DNA of 64,000 bases from NCBI GenBank assembly GCA_035444565.1, contig DAOMOX010000003.1:159488-223487 (forward strand), read 5' to 3'. Of this stretch, positions 35,951-45,931 are shown one piece after another. The translations under genes and the position numbers were made by a program. The notes beneath the pieces are model-generated. The model saw only the letters and a program-made list of their open reading frames with translations, searched no databases and was not told the origin of the DNA. Source of the stretch: Candidatus Dojkabacteria bacterium. Lineage in GTDB: Bacteria > Patescibacteriota > Dojkabacteria > B142 > OLB20. How positions within the stretch are numbered: the first letter of the stretch is position 1; every line of letters starts with the position of its first letter.

Positions 35951-38371
35951 CTACCTCTTGAAGACTTTGTGAAGAATATATTTCGCAATCTCAATAAAAC
36001 AAATACTTATTCCCGAAAGAGATACAACTGCGACAATAAAATTAATTCCAAGTGGCTTTGTACCTAAAACCTGATTAAATATTGGCAAGTATATAGCTGC
36101 TATCAACATTAATACTCCAGAAAAAAATGCCAAATTAACGACTTTGTTATTAAATAGTTTGTCTTTCCATAGTTGTGTTTCAAGAGTTTTGACCGAGAAT
36201 AAGAATAATAATGAGCTAAATGAAATACTAGCAAAAGTCATGGTTCTAGCAATATCTAAATCCACCCCTGTTTCTACCAACCAGTAGTAGACTGCGAAAA
36301 ACAACAAATCTTTGATGAGACTAGTCGCAATAACCAGGGATAAAACCTTTTTATCTAAGATATTGCTTTGGGCTTTAGTATGTTTTTTCAATAAGATTCT
36401 TTTTGGGGATTTTTCAAAGGCAAGAGCTAAGCTAGGAATTCCATCCTCGATAATATTTATCCATAAGAGTAAAACTGGGGTCAGAGGTAAAGGTAATAAA
36501 AATATTAGGGATAGTAAAATTAACACTGTTTCAGTAAGACTGTCTGAAATAAGGAAAACGATAATTTTCCTAAGATTATGAATAATGTTTCTGCCCTCCT
36601 CTACTGCTGCTTCTATTGTTTGGAAATTCGAGTCAAGTAATATAATGTCAGCAACTTCTTTCGATACATCTGTTGCGTTATCAACAACAAGTCCAATTTC
36701 TGCCGCTTTTAATGCTGGGGAGTCATTTACTCCATCTCCCATCATGCCGACGACTTTCCCTCTCTTTTGTAATGCTTTTACAATCGCTAATTTCTGATCA
36801 GGTGTAGTTCTATAGAATAATTTAGTTTTCAAAACAATATCGGGCAAAGTTCCATTTTCAATATGAGATGCCAGTTCATTGCCAGATAACATTTCTTTGT
36901 CAGTTACATCGATATTTAGTGTTTTCAAAACATTCACTGCTGTCTCTTTCAAGTCTCCTGTGATAACTTTCACTTCGATACCGGCATTATTTATAGCTAA
37001 GATTGACTCAGCAACTGATTCTCTCACTGGGTCTTTGATAAATACTAAACCTTCGAAGTCCATACTTTTGAAGTCACTTCTATCAACGGATTCTTTCTCA
37101 ATTTCTTTTGAACAGAGTGCTAATGTACGGTTACCTTCTCTAGCTTTCCGTATCGCCTCCTGCGACCATTTCTTATTGTCTCCTTTACAAAACGATAAAA
37201 TTACCTCGGGTGCACCAACAGCATAAAGTGTTTTCCCATCATAGGCTCCTGTATATTTCTTCTCAGATGAGAAAGGAAATAAATGTTTACGCTTCGCTTG
37301 TGTCTGATTAATAAAATCAACATCCTTTACATTTTCAATATATTTATGAATTGCTTTGTCAATGAAATTAGATTCATTGTTGCTTATTGCTAAAGTAGTC
37401 AAAGCTTTTTCTTTATCTATGAAATCATTGTCTGCTACTTGCATATTCCCGTATGTAAGTGTGCCTGTTTTGTCCACACATAGAACTTCCACATCTCCAA
37501 GAGTTTCTGCTGCAGGTAAATTCTTGACTAAAGCTCGTTTTGCCAACAGACGATTCATACCAAGTGCGAGCGTGACGGTGAGGGAAATTATCAGACCTTC
37601 AGGAATTGTACTTACACCCAGTGCGACTGCAGTGAGAAAGATTTCTTTGAATTCCAGTCCATTTATAATGCCAAGTAGAAAAATTATCACAATTAAGATT
37701 AGTACAAAAACTGTAATGATTTTGCTCAATCTTAGCAACTCAAGCTTTATCGGGGTTGCGGGTGTTTCTTCCTCATTTAAACTCTTAGCGATTTGCCCGA
37801 ACTTTGTATTTGCTCCTGTTCCTGTAATCTTTGCTTTACCAAGTCCTTCGATTACCAAAGTTCCCATAAATATGTTGCGAGATTCAGTTTGTGAAGTGTT
37901 TTTCTCAACTGGTTCGGATTCACCAGTAAGCACAGCTTCATTTACTAATAATTCATTTGCTTCGACTAAGCTACCGTCAGCTGGTATTCGGAGTCCAGGC
38001 TCAATCATTATTAAGTCTCCAGGAACTAGTAGTGAAGTGTCAATATTTTTAATCTTTCCATCCCGAATGACATTTACATGTTTCGAAACGCTTTTTTTGA
38101 GTTTTTCTAATGTATTCTCTGCTTTGTATTCTTGATAAAAGCCTAGTAATGAATTAATAAATACAACAATTAATATGAAAATTGCGTCTGTGAATTCTTT
38201 TAGGATTATTGAGAATGTTGAAGCGAATATTAGAATAAAAATCAGAGGGCTTGTTAACTGTGCTAGGAATATCTTGATAGGACTAACTGCTTTTGCTTCT
38301 TCGATGACATTCGGACCATGTGTTTCAAGCAGTGTTGTCGCTTGTGTTTCCGTTAATCCGTGATCGACCAT
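35951..38371 (-). CDS. P-type cation-transporting ATPase (P2, Ca2+-ATPase-like)
   Basis: The TM4 motif is PEGL. The phosphorylation site is CVDKTGTLT. The hinge motif is GDGVNDSPALK. The product is 806 aa. The forward-strand ORFs inside it are antisense artefacts. Confidence 0.9.
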   Translation of the reverse strand: MVDHGLTETQATTLLETHGPNVIEEAKAVSPIKIFLAQLTSPLIFILIFASTFSIILKEFTDAIFILIVVFINSLLGFYQEYKAENTLEKLKKSVSKHVNVIRDGKIKNIDTSLLVPGDLIMIEPGLRIPADGSLVEANELLVNEAVLTGESEPVEKNTSQTESRNIFMGTLVIEGLGKAKITGTGANTKFGQIAKSLNEEETPATPIKLELLRLSKIITVFVLILIVIIFLLGIINGLEFKEIFLTAVALGVSTIPEGLIISLTVTLALGMNRLLAKRALVKNLPAAETLGDVEVLCVDKTGTLTYGNMQVADNDFIDKEKALTTLAISNNESNFIDKAIHKYIENVKDVDFINQTQAKRKHLFPFSSEKKYTGAYDGKTLYAVGAPEVILSFCKGDNKKWSQEAIRKAREGNRTLALCSKEIEKESVDRSDFKSMDFEGLVFIKDPVRESVAESILAINNAGIEVKVITGDLKETAVNVLKTLNIDVTDKEMLSGNELASHIENGTLPDIVLKTKLFYRTTPDQKLAIVKALQKRGKVVGMMGDGVNDSPALKAAEIGLVVDNATDVSKEVADIILLDSNFQTIEAAVEEGRNIIHNLRKIIVFLISDSLTETVLILLSLIFLLPLPLTPVLLLWINIIEDGIPSLALAFEKSPKRILLKKHTKAQSNILDKKVLSLVIATSLIKDLLFFAVYYWLVETGVDLDIARTMTFASISFSSLLFLFSVKTLETQLWKDKLFNNKVVNLAFFSGVLMLIAAIYLPIFNQVLGTKPLGINFIVAVVSLSGISICFIEIAKYILHKVFKR

Positions 38372-38621
38372 AACTATTTTAATAAAAATAAATCTAGAAG
38401 ACCTGGAATCTCACGCATTAGGTACACAAATGAGATTAATTGTATTAAACCCCAAAACAGAGATATAAAAACAAATATTCCAAAAACAATCATTGGTCCT
38501 TTAAATTTATTCTTTTCTTTTTTCTTCATTACGGAAATTGTTTAGTGATAACTTAATTATAAACGAAAATGTAAATAACTTAAATTTTAAGTGACCAAAA
38601 TCCTCGAAATCGTTTTAGATT

Positions 38622-39023
38622 TTGTATCTAATTTTTAATTATTTAGAAATGCCCTATACAAGAAAGATTGTGCAAGAAATTAATACTCTTATTAAATCAG
38701 AAACAAAATCACTAATAATTATTGAGAAAAAACTGAAAATCGAAAAACGCTCACTTCAAAATTCAAAGTACTTATTACTTTTAGTTAAAGCCTCAAAGAA
38801 AAAACAAAACATCACATTCCTTAAAGTCCAAAAACAACTTCTAAATAGAAATCTGCACAAACAGATGATTGTTAGTATTGGTTCACGTGTTCAACTTCTC
38901 TCAACTAAAGTGGGCGAGGTGTTCTTTGTCGATGCTAAAAACTATATAGAACTCATAGGGAAAACTATTGGTGACGCAGTTATGATGAATAACGCCAAGT
39001 TTCTCATTGCTGGTGTTTATTAA
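38622..39023 (+). CDS. Hypothetical small basic protein. The start is probably the internal MPYTRK.
   Basis: The 133-aa ORF has no motif I recognise. Its 3' end overlaps the 3' end of folC on the opposite strand by 20 nt. Confidence 0.4.
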   Translation: MYLIFNYLEMPYTRKIVQEINTLIKSETKSLIIIEKKLKIEKRSLQNSKYLLLLVKASKKKQNITFLKVQKQLLNRNLHKQMIVSIGSRVQLLSTKVGEVFFVDAKNYIELIGKTIGDAVMMNNAKFLIAGVY

Positions 39024-40344
39024 GTAAGTGTTTCTTAAATTCACTTACTAGATAAAGTGAGCCTGTCACTACAATCGGTATATTTGGGTTGGAATATATT
39101 AATTTCAGTTCTTTTATTATATTGTTGATTCCTGGTTCGAATTTCACATTTCCGCTAAAGTTTCGAGATTGAAGCAGGAGCTTGATATCATTTGCAGGGA
39201 AAGATTTGTGGGAAATATCTTGATTGTCTGTGTTAAAACTTGTGATATAGATATTTTGAGCATAAGGTAATAATATCTCCAACATTGAAGCCACATCTTT
39301 ATCGGCTTTAAAAGCGATAATCATAGTAAATTTTGTGGCAGGGTATTTTTTACTTAAACTAGAAACGAATGCTTCCATCTTCTGTTTATTGTGAGCACCA
39401 TCTAAAATATATTTCACCCCTTCTGACTCGATAAGCTCAAATCTACCCGAGAAATTAAAGTCTTCAAATGTTTTTCTCAATATATCTTCTCTGGTCTTCC
39501 AATTATCCCTATAAGATAAATAGAGAATGGTTTTAACTGCGAGTACGAAATTCTCGATTTGATACTCCGGAGTATTTTTAATTGAAATTCCAGATATATC
39601 AAAATCTTTTGAGTGGAAATCAAATTTTTCTTCGTATATTTTAATCAACTCATCGATTTTTATCTCTTCTCCGCTGGAATGCATTTCTTCAATTTTGTTT
39701 TTGATTACTTTATTTGTATGAAGTTGTGAAAGATAAATGACGTGTTGTTTCTCTCCTATAATCCCGGCTTTATTCCGAGCTATTTCATAAAGAGTATTCC
39801 CTAATATTTTCATATGATCAAATCCGATTTTAGTAATAACAGAAACTTTCCCTGGATTGGAAATGCAATTAGTAGCATCATATGTGCCACCTAGCCCAGT
39901 TTCAATAACAGCATAATCAACGTTCTCTTTCCAAAATGTGTAATAAGCGAGACATATAATCATCTCGAAATAGCTTAAAGATCCATATTTTGATTTTTCA
40001 ACTTCATTAAATGTTTTTTGTAACAAAGTGAAATTGTCCGCAAATAATTCACTATCGATAAGTTCATTATTTATCTGTAATCTTTCTCTAATATCTTGTA
40101 TATGTGGAGATAGTGTGAGGCCTGTTTTGAATCCGTGGCTTGTGAGTAGTTTGCTAATAAAACTTGCAGTTGAACCCTTGCCAGATGTTCCAGCAATATG
40201 GATGATTTTGATTTTCTCTTGTGGATTACCTAATAATTCAAGTGTGTATTTGACACGTTCCAGACTAAAACCAGCACTATACCCGATATCAATTTTATCT
40301 TTGATTCTGGAATATAGATATTTTTCGACTTCGTTGAAGTTCAT
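39004..40344 (-). CDS. folC: Bifunctional folylpolyglutamate synthase / dihydrofolate synthase
   Basis: The Mur-ligase P-loop reads IHIAGTSGKGSTASF. The Mur ligase middle and C-terminal domains are present. The product is 446 aa. Confidence 0.85.
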   Translation of the reverse strand: MNFNEVEKYLYSRIKDKIDIGYSAGFSLERVKYTLELLGNPQEKIKIIHIAGTSGKGSTASFISKLLTSHGFKTGLTLSPHIQDIRERLQINNELIDSELFADNFTLLQKTFNEVEKSKYGSLSYFEMIICLAYYTFWKENVDYAVIETGLGGTYDATNCISNPGKVSVITKIGFDHMKILGNTLYEIARNKAGIIGEKQHVIYLSQLHTNKVIKNKIEEMHSSGEEIKIDELIKIYEEKFDFHSKDFDISGISIKNTPEYQIENFVLAVKTILYLSYRDNWKTREDILRKTFEDFNFSGRFELIESEGVKYILDGAHNKQKMEAFVSSLSKKYPATKFTMIIAFKADKDVASMLEILLPYAQNIYITSFNTDNQDISHKSFPANDIKLLLQSRNFSGNVKFEPGINNIIKELKLIYSNPNIPIVVTGSLYLVSEFKKHLLNKHQQ

Positions 40345-41027
40345 TTATTTCTAAGTACAAGTTTATCAAACATCATTGGGTCAGGCCTACTAAGAGCAAA
40401 GCCAATAACTTCCGCAACTTCCTCAACTGTCATCCAGTTTGACCTGTCCCTGACGACTCCTGTTTTCAAATGAAATGTAGTATCCATACTCGCTGGGTAA
40501 AACCCGAATACTTTAATATTTGTTTCTTTCAGCTCAAGTTGAAGAGATTCTGTAAAACCTTGTACAGCAAATTTACTTGCAGAATATACACTTAGATTTG
40601 CTTCTCCTTCTACCCCTTTAGTAGAGGAGATATTCAATAAATAACTTTCTTTTCTTCTCTTTAATAATGGAATACATGCTTTAGCGACATAAATTACTCC
40701 TTTGACGTTTACATTGATTACATTCGAAATTTCAGCAGGGTTACTAGACTCAATTGGTGACTCCATAAAAATTCCAGCATTATTAATAAGAATATCTAAA
40801 TTTGTAATGTTTTTAACCATCATTTGAACTTGGTTGTAGTCTGAGACATCACAAACAAAAGTGCGAAGTTTGTTAGAATTTAACTTTTTCGAAGCATCGT
40901 TTAATTTCTCACTATTGCGACCACAAATTATTACTTCAGAATTATGAGACAGTAATTCCTTGGCTAATGCAAAGCCTAGTCCTTCACTTCCTCCTGTGAT
41001 TAAGATAGTTTTGTTGGTTAAATTCAT
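40341..41027 (-). CDS. SDR-family short-chain dehydrogenase/reductase
   Basis: The NAD(P)-binding motif is TGGSEGLGFALA. The YxxxK catalytic motif is YSASKFA. The product is 228 aa and overlaps folC by 4 nt. Confidence 0.85.
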   Translation of the reverse strand: MNLTNKTILITGGSEGLGFALAKELLSHNSEVIICGRNSEKLNDASKKLNSNKLRTFVCDVSDYNQVQMMVKNITNLDILINNAGIFMESPIESSNPAEISNVINVNVKGVIYVAKACIPLLKRRKESYLLNISSTKGVEGEANLSVYSASKFAVQGFTESLQLELKETNIKVFGFYPASMDTTFHLKTGVVRDRSNWMTVEEVAEVIGFALSRPDPMMFDKLVLRNK

Positions 41028-41194
41028 TTTGTAAAATTAATATAGCTAATGATATCAAAAATATTATTAAAAGTGTTTTCTGGTGTGATTATTTGGACTT
41101 AATAGCGTTTTAATAGGAACCTAAGTGAAATAAAATTTGATAACTAATCTTTATAGAAGAAAAAAGCGACAAAATTATTATAACTATTTAATCA

Positions 41195-41216
41195 AGAGCC
41201 TACGGGTTCTTTTTTA
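41195..41216 (+). terminator. Terminator-like hairpin with a T-tract on the plus strand. There is no annotated plus-strand gene upstream of it. It may mark the end of a small RNA, or act as an attenuator upstream of the unannotated 57-codon ORF at 41233-41406.
   Basis: The stem agagcc-tacg-ggttct has 6 bp including one G-U pair. It is followed by tttttt. Confidence 0.3.
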
Positions 41217-41411
41217 TTTATTAATTTCTTCTTATGGAGTATCTGCAACAAGTCGATAGTCCGGAACACGAAACTGCGGAACAACGAAGAATGAGAGTGC
41301 AACTCATAGTAGCTACTGGTGCTGTAGTACATAACATGCCACTATTCGGATTGGGAGGAAGTGGATTGTACTTAAAGAATCCACAGGAACAGGTCATGCA
41401 AATATAAAGAA

Positions 41412-43178
41412 TTAATACAGCTCGTATTTCTTTAACAGCTTCTTATTCCCCTCGATCTGATATTGTAATAATTCTGAATAAACCCCATCTTTTCTTGCAA
41501 GTTCTCCAGGTGTTCCCATATCGGCGATTTTACCTTTGTGTAGAACTATAATTTTGTCTACATTTTGAATTGTGGAAAATCTGTGAGCGATTATTATGAC
41601 GAGCTTATCCTTCATTAAATATTCAAGTGCGTCCTGAACTGCTTCTTCCGATTTTGAGTCGAGATTACTAGTCGCTTCATCGAGAATCAAGATTGGCGCA
41701 TTCTTGAGAATTGCACGAGCTATCTGAATCCTCTGCTTCTGACCTCCTGATAATTTCACTCCTCTCTCCCCTACTTCGGCATTAAGCTTTTTCGGAAGTT
41801 TTTCAACAAAGTCCCAAGCATTTGCCTGCTTTAGAGCTTTAATAACTTCCTCATCAGTTGCTTTTATACCGTATGCAACATTTTCTTTAATTGTTGTTGA
41901 AAATAGTTCGTTCTCTTGGAAAACCAATGCTACATTGTTTCGTATAAATTGCTGGTCAAGTTCATTATAAGACTCGCCATTTAGTTTCATTTCACCGTTT
42001 TGAGGTTCATAGAAACGTAATATTAAATTTACAAGTGTCGACTTCCCTGCTCCACTATGCCCCACTAATGCGACTTTCTCGTCTGGGCCGAGTTTAGCTG
42101 AAATGGTTTTCAAAACATCTTCTGAATCTTTGTAGTGGAAACTTACATTTTCAAAAGTTAGTTGAGGGTTGGTGACATTTTTGTATGATGATTTGGATTT
42201 CAATTCTTCTCCTTGAGGTAAGTCAAGAATTTCTATAAATTCTTTCGAGCCAGCTTCGGCTGTTTGAACTTGAGTGAGGATATATGACATTGCGTAGAGT
42301 GGTCTTCTGGCTTGATCAAGTAGTTGGATAATCAAAACCATTACTCCGATGCTAAATCTACCCTCAAAAGTCATATAAAAGATTATTGAATATATAGCAA
42401 TCATCAGAAAAGTTACTCCCGAGTTTCTCGCGAAATCTATTAGATGATAATTCTTGCTCTGTTTCGCATATATTGTATTTATTTTCTTGATTTTCTCAGA
42501 AACGAAATTAGATTCGGGCAATTCATTGGTAAAACTCTTTACTACTTTTATATTTGTGATAACCTCTTGGATTCTGCCTCGTGTGATATCTTCAATTTTA
42601 TTTTTCTTCTCTTCTTCTTTACCCCATCTTCTCGCTGATATGGAAGTTAAGTAAAGATAAATTGGGAAAATACCTGCTGTAAGTAGAGCAATTGGAACAC
42701 TATAATAAGCGAGAGTGATTATTATAAAAATACTTTGTAGAATCGAGGGTATTATAAAATTTGTTGCTGTATTGAAGAAATTTTTGATGGACTTGATACC
42801 TCTTCCGAGTTGATTGATAATTTTCCCAGACAATTCAGAGTCAAAGTATGTCTGTGGCAAAGTTAATATTTGATAGTAGAATTTATTTGTTAAGAATTTT
42901 TCAAGTTCCCCGGCTAAATGATCTCCTTTTCTACTGCTATATGCGTCCAGTGCATTTTTTGTAAGTGAGAGAACAAATCCAAAAATGATTAACAATATGA
43001 TTTTATCTGTGTCTGCTACCTCTCCTTGGATTTTTAAAACAATTTCATCTATTATGAACTTCGAGACGAACGGTGTAAGTAAATCTAGAAAGACTCCAAA
43101 GACAATAAGGAACGACATACTAAGAATCACACCGTGAAGGGGTTTGGAGAGTTTAATTATTTTTAGAATGTTTGGCAT
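41412..43178 (-). CDS. ABC exporter with fused permease and ATPase (MsbA/ABCB-like)
   Basis: The N-terminus has six TM helices. The Walker A is GHSGAGKST, the signature motif is LSGGQKQR and the Walker B is ILILDEA. The product is 588 aa. It has no C39 peptidase domain. Confidence 0.88.
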   Translation of the reverse strand: MPNILKIIKLSKPLHGVILSMSFLIVFGVFLDLLTPFVSKFIIDEIVLKIQGEVADTDKIILLIIFGFVLSLTKNALDAYSSRKGDHLAGELEKFLTNKFYYQILTLPQTYFDSELSGKIINQLGRGIKSIKNFFNTATNFIIPSILQSIFIIITLAYYSVPIALLTAGIFPIYLYLTSISARRWGKEEEKKNKIEDITRGRIQEVITNIKVVKSFTNELPESNFVSEKIKKINTIYAKQSKNYHLIDFARNSGVTFLMIAIYSIIFYMTFEGRFSIGVMVLIIQLLDQARRPLYAMSYILTQVQTAEAGSKEFIEILDLPQGEELKSKSSYKNVTNPQLTFENVSFHYKDSEDVLKTISAKLGPDEKVALVGHSGAGKSTLVNLILRFYEPQNGEMKLNGESYNELDQQFIRNNVALVFQENELFSTTIKENVAYGIKATDEEVIKALKQANAWDFVEKLPKKLNAEVGERGVKLSGGQKQRIQIARAILKNAPILILDEATSNLDSKSEEAVQDALEYLMKDKLVIIIAHRFSTIQNVDKIIVLHKGKIADMGTPGELARKDGVYSELLQYQIEGNKKLLKKYELY

Positions 43179-43245
43179 TTCGCGTTAATATATGTAGTTA
43201 TGATTTTATGATAGATGTGTTTAATTAACAAATTATAAAAAAACC

Positions 43246-43276
43246 TTGACATGTGAATGATATGTTTCTAACATAT
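43246..43276 (+). promoter_or_regulatory. Putative sigma-70-like promoter for the major pilin gene. A perfect 7-3-7 palindrome overlaps its -10 element and may be an operator.
   Basis: TTGACA lies at 43246-43251, then a 17-nt spacer, then TAACAT at 43269-43274. The palindrome ATATGTT-TCT-AACATAT lies at 43260-43276. Confidence 0.35.
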
Positions 43277-43316
43277 TCTTAAGTAAGTTTTTATTTAATT
43301 TTTATTTATTATTTAA

Positions 43317-43754
43317 ATGAGAAAAGTTACAGATCTAAAAGGTTTTACATTAATTGAAATTTTGATTGTAATCGGTTTGATTGCAGTTCTTGCTGCAGTT
43401 ACGATTATTGCGTTGAATCCTACCGCTAGTTTTGAAAGACAAAGAAATTCTGAAAGACAAACAGAAATGGCTCAGATTCATACTGGTTATAACAGATGGG
43501 TCGCAGAAGGTAACAGTGCTACTCTTACTAGTGGTGGTAATCCATTACCAACATGTGCTGGTACTATTTTAACATCTCATGGAGTTGCATTCACATCAAT
43601 TAATATTTTCCCCACATTGACAGCAGGGGGTTATGTCCCAGCGGGTATTACAGATCCGGAAACTGGTGATTACAGAGTGTGTGCAGCAACAAATGCTCAA
43701 TTAACATTATTTGCTCCACAAACAGACGGTACAATTGTTACAATGACTAGATAG
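43317..43754 (+). CDS. pilA: Type IVa major pilin
   Basis: The class III signal is MRKVTDLKG|FTLIEILIVIGLIAVLAAV, with the cleavage-site Gly and Glu5. Two C-terminal Cys residues could form the disulfide that bounds the D-region. A strong terminator follows. Confidence 0.88.
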   Translation: MRKVTDLKGFTLIEILIVIGLIAVLAAVTIIALNPTASFERQRNSERQTEMAQIHTGYNRWVAEGNSATLTSGGNPLPTCAGTILTSHGVAFTSINIFPTLTAGGYVPAGITDPETGDYRVCAATNAQLTLFAPQTDGTIVTMTR

Positions 43755-43773
43755 AGATACGGTTGAATAATAG

Positions 43774-43801
43774 AAGAGGAGCTTCGGCTCCTCTTTTTTT
43801 G
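43774..43801 (+). terminator. Rho-independent terminator downstream of pilA
   Basis: A 9-bp GC-rich stem aagaggagc-ttcg-gctcctctt is followed by a T-tract of at least 6. Confidence 0.85.
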
Positions 43802-43853
43802 CTTTGTTTATTGATATCGTATAAATTTTGATATTAGTTATTATTAAACCGAT

Positions 43854-44264
43854 ATGTTCGGCCTACTAACAATCATTTTCTCTTTACTTGTTATAAGTCT
43901 AAATCCTGCTTCCAGCTTTCAGGATGCTAGGAATGCAGAAAGGGTCAGTGAAATGTCACAAATCATGACTTCTGTAAATTTATTTGAAATTGGTGAAGAT
44001 TCTCGTCTAAATTCACTTACCTATTCTGACGGGAAACCTCTTCCAGTTTGTGAAGAGGTTGATTCTAAATATACTAATGGAATTCCATTCCCATCTTTAG
44101 ACATTGCACCTACCATAATCTCTAGCGGATATATGTCGGAACATCCGACTGACCCTCAAGGTGGAGTAAATCCATATTACAACATTTGCTACAAATCAAG
44201 AGGTGGACAACTTACTATATATGCGCCGAATATTGAAGGGGAAATTACAACACTTACTAGATAA
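43854..44264 (+). CDS. Pilin paralog lacking the prepilin leader and cleavage motif
   Basis: The mature region parallels pilA (ISLNPASSFQDARNAERVSEMSQ against IALNPTASFERQRNSERQTEMAQ). The ORF starts directly in the hydrophobic helix MFGLLTIIFSLLV. An in-frame TAA lies 6 nt upstream of the ATG, so no N-terminal extension is possible. Confidence 0.6.
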   Translation: MFGLLTIIFSLLVISLNPASSFQDARNAERVSEMSQIMTSVNLFEIGEDSRLNSLTYSDGKPLPVCEEVDSKYTNGIPFPSLDIAPTIISSGYMSEHPTDPQGGVNPYYNICYKSRGGQLTIYAPNIEGEITTLTR

Positions 44265-44395
44265 AAAGAAACTGCAGTTTATTCTTCAAAAATTTAAGAG
44301 ATTTTAAATATTTTGAATTTTGGTCAAAGAATTAGGATTAACTTGATACCATCTCCAAACTTTGGTTTAATATTTGATAGTATTAGTTATTTTTA

Positions 44396-45904
44396 ATGTC
44401 CGGATCAACTGCCCAAAATTCTCAGACTGTAAACACGACTACAGGACAAGTGCCCACATCTATGGCACCTCCTACTCCGTCTCCTACATCTACAACACAA
44501 AATCAAAACAATACTGGAACTCCTGCACAAACCGCTAATACTGTTGCACAGAATTCTCAAAATCCTACAATGCATGCTACTGCTTCATCTCAAACACAAA
44601 TTGCACCAGCACAGGCGGAAAATACAATACCAGTTGAACAGAAGAAAGAAAATGAGCCTGGTGCTGAAAACCAACCGCCTACAAAAAAGATTCAGACAAT
44701 AGAGAAACCCAAAGATGGAAGCGAACTAAATATTGTTGAACTTATAAATTATATTGTTAAGCAAGCAATAAAAGCTAAAACTTCTGATATTCATATCGAA
44801 CCTCACGAAGAAGTTGTAGTGGTGAGATTCAGAATAGATGGAATATTAAAAGATGTTCTACAAGTAGGAAAGGATATTCAGGAGTCGTTGTTGTTCAGAA
44901 TCAAAGTCGCGGCGAAAATGCGTACTGATGAGCATTTTGCTCCTCAAGACGGTAGGATTAGGTTTATAATCGAAAACAAGAAAATTGACACACGTATTTC
45001 AATACTCCCAACAAGTTCAGGTGAGAAAGTTGTCATGAGATTGTTGATAAAAGAAGGAAAGTCATTCACTTTTAGTTCATTAGGTATGTCGGATCCTGAT
45101 CAATTGGTAGTTGAGAAAAGTTACAAGCGTCCCTACGGAATGATTTTAGCTGTTGGTCCAACTGGCTCAGGTAAAACCACTAGTCTATATGCCATCCTTC
45201 AGAAATTAAATTCGAGAGATGTAAATATCACCACCGTAGAAGATCCTGTAGAGTACAGTATTGATGGGGTAAACCATATCCAAGTCAACAATAAAGCAAA
45301 TTTAACATTTGCCTCTGGTCTTCGTTCAATTTTAAGACAGGATCCAGACATAATAATGATAGGAGAGATTCGTGATGCGGAAACTGCAAATATTGCTACA
45401 AATGCTGCTCTTACAGGTCATTTAGTATTATCTTCTCTGCACACCAACGATGCAATTTCCACCATACCGAGGTTGATAGATATGGACGTTGAGCCATTCC
45501 TTGTTGCCTCAACCTTAAACATTGTTATTGCTCAGAGGTTGGCGAGGAAATTGTGTGAAAAATGTAAAAAACAATACACCATCGATCAAGAAGAATTAAC
45601 AAGAATTAACAAAATTAGACAAGATATTGCTATGCATTTCAAAGTCGGAGATGTTGTTTACCAAGAGGCTGGTTGTGAAACTTGTGGAGATAGTGGATTC
45701 CAGGGAAGATTTGGTCTTTTTGAAATACTTGAGATAACTGAAAAAATTAGAAGAATGATTTCTGAAAGGGAAAATATTGATGACGTCTTCAAGATAGCAA
45801 GAGAAAATGGAATGAAACTGATAGTTGAAGATGGTGTGAATGCAGTTAAAACAGGAGTTACAAGTTTAGAAGAAATTATGAGGGTTACGGCTTTAAAACA
45901 ATAA
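44396..45904 (+). CDS. pilB: Type IV pilus assembly ATPase (PilB/GspE family). It carries a ~100-aa T/Q/P-rich disordered N-terminal extension.
   Basis: The Walker A is AVGPTGSGKTT. The tetracysteine motif CEKCKK...CETCGD is specific to GspE/PilB. Asp and His boxes are present. Confidence 0.88.
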   Translation: MSGSTAQNSQTVNTTTGQVPTSMAPPTPSPTSTTQNQNNTGTPAQTANTVAQNSQNPTMHATASSQTQIAPAQAENTIPVEQKKENEPGAENQPPTKKIQTIEKPKDGSELNIVELINYIVKQAIKAKTSDIHIEPHEEVVVVRFRIDGILKDVLQVGKDIQESLLFRIKVAAKMRTDEHFAPQDGRIRFIIENKKIDTRISILPTSSGEKVVMRLLIKEGKSFTFSSLGMSDPDQLVVEKSYKRPYGMILAVGPTGSGKTTSLYAILQKLNSRDVNITTVEDPVEYSIDGVNHIQVNNKANLTFASGLRSILRQDPDIIMIGEIRDAETANIATNAALTGHLVLSSLHTNDAISTIPRLIDMDVEPFLVASTLNIVIAQRLARKLCEKCKKQYTIDQEELTRINKIRQDIAMHFKVGDVVYQEAGCETCGDSGFQGRFGLFEILEITEKIRRMISERENIDDVFKIARENGMKLIVEDGVNAVKTGVTSLEEIMRVTALKQ

Positions 45905-45931
45905 ATTTGTAATTTAAATTATCAATTTTAA

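Noticed and set aside
36312-38363. Plus-strand ORFs (36312..36581, 36585..36797, 36879..37226, 37356..38135, 38175..38363) inside the P-type ATPase gene
   Set aside because: They are antisense to a gene with canonical DKTGT, PEGL and GDGVND motifs. Their Ser/Thr/Phe-rich composition is typical of shadow ORFs.
38360-38545. A 61-aa ORF overlapping the 5' end of the P-type ATPase gene
   Set aside because: It overlaps the ATPase start on the same strand in a different frame and sits in an AT-rich promoter region. No motif supports it.
41233-41406. Interpreting the 57-aa ORF with an internal GG (…LFGLGG…) as a double-glycine bacteriocin precursor exported by the adjacent ABC transporter
   Set aside because: The adjacent ABC exporter has no N-terminal C39 peptidase domain. 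The peptide does not fit the leader consensus. The ORF is on the opposite strand from the transporter, converging on it.
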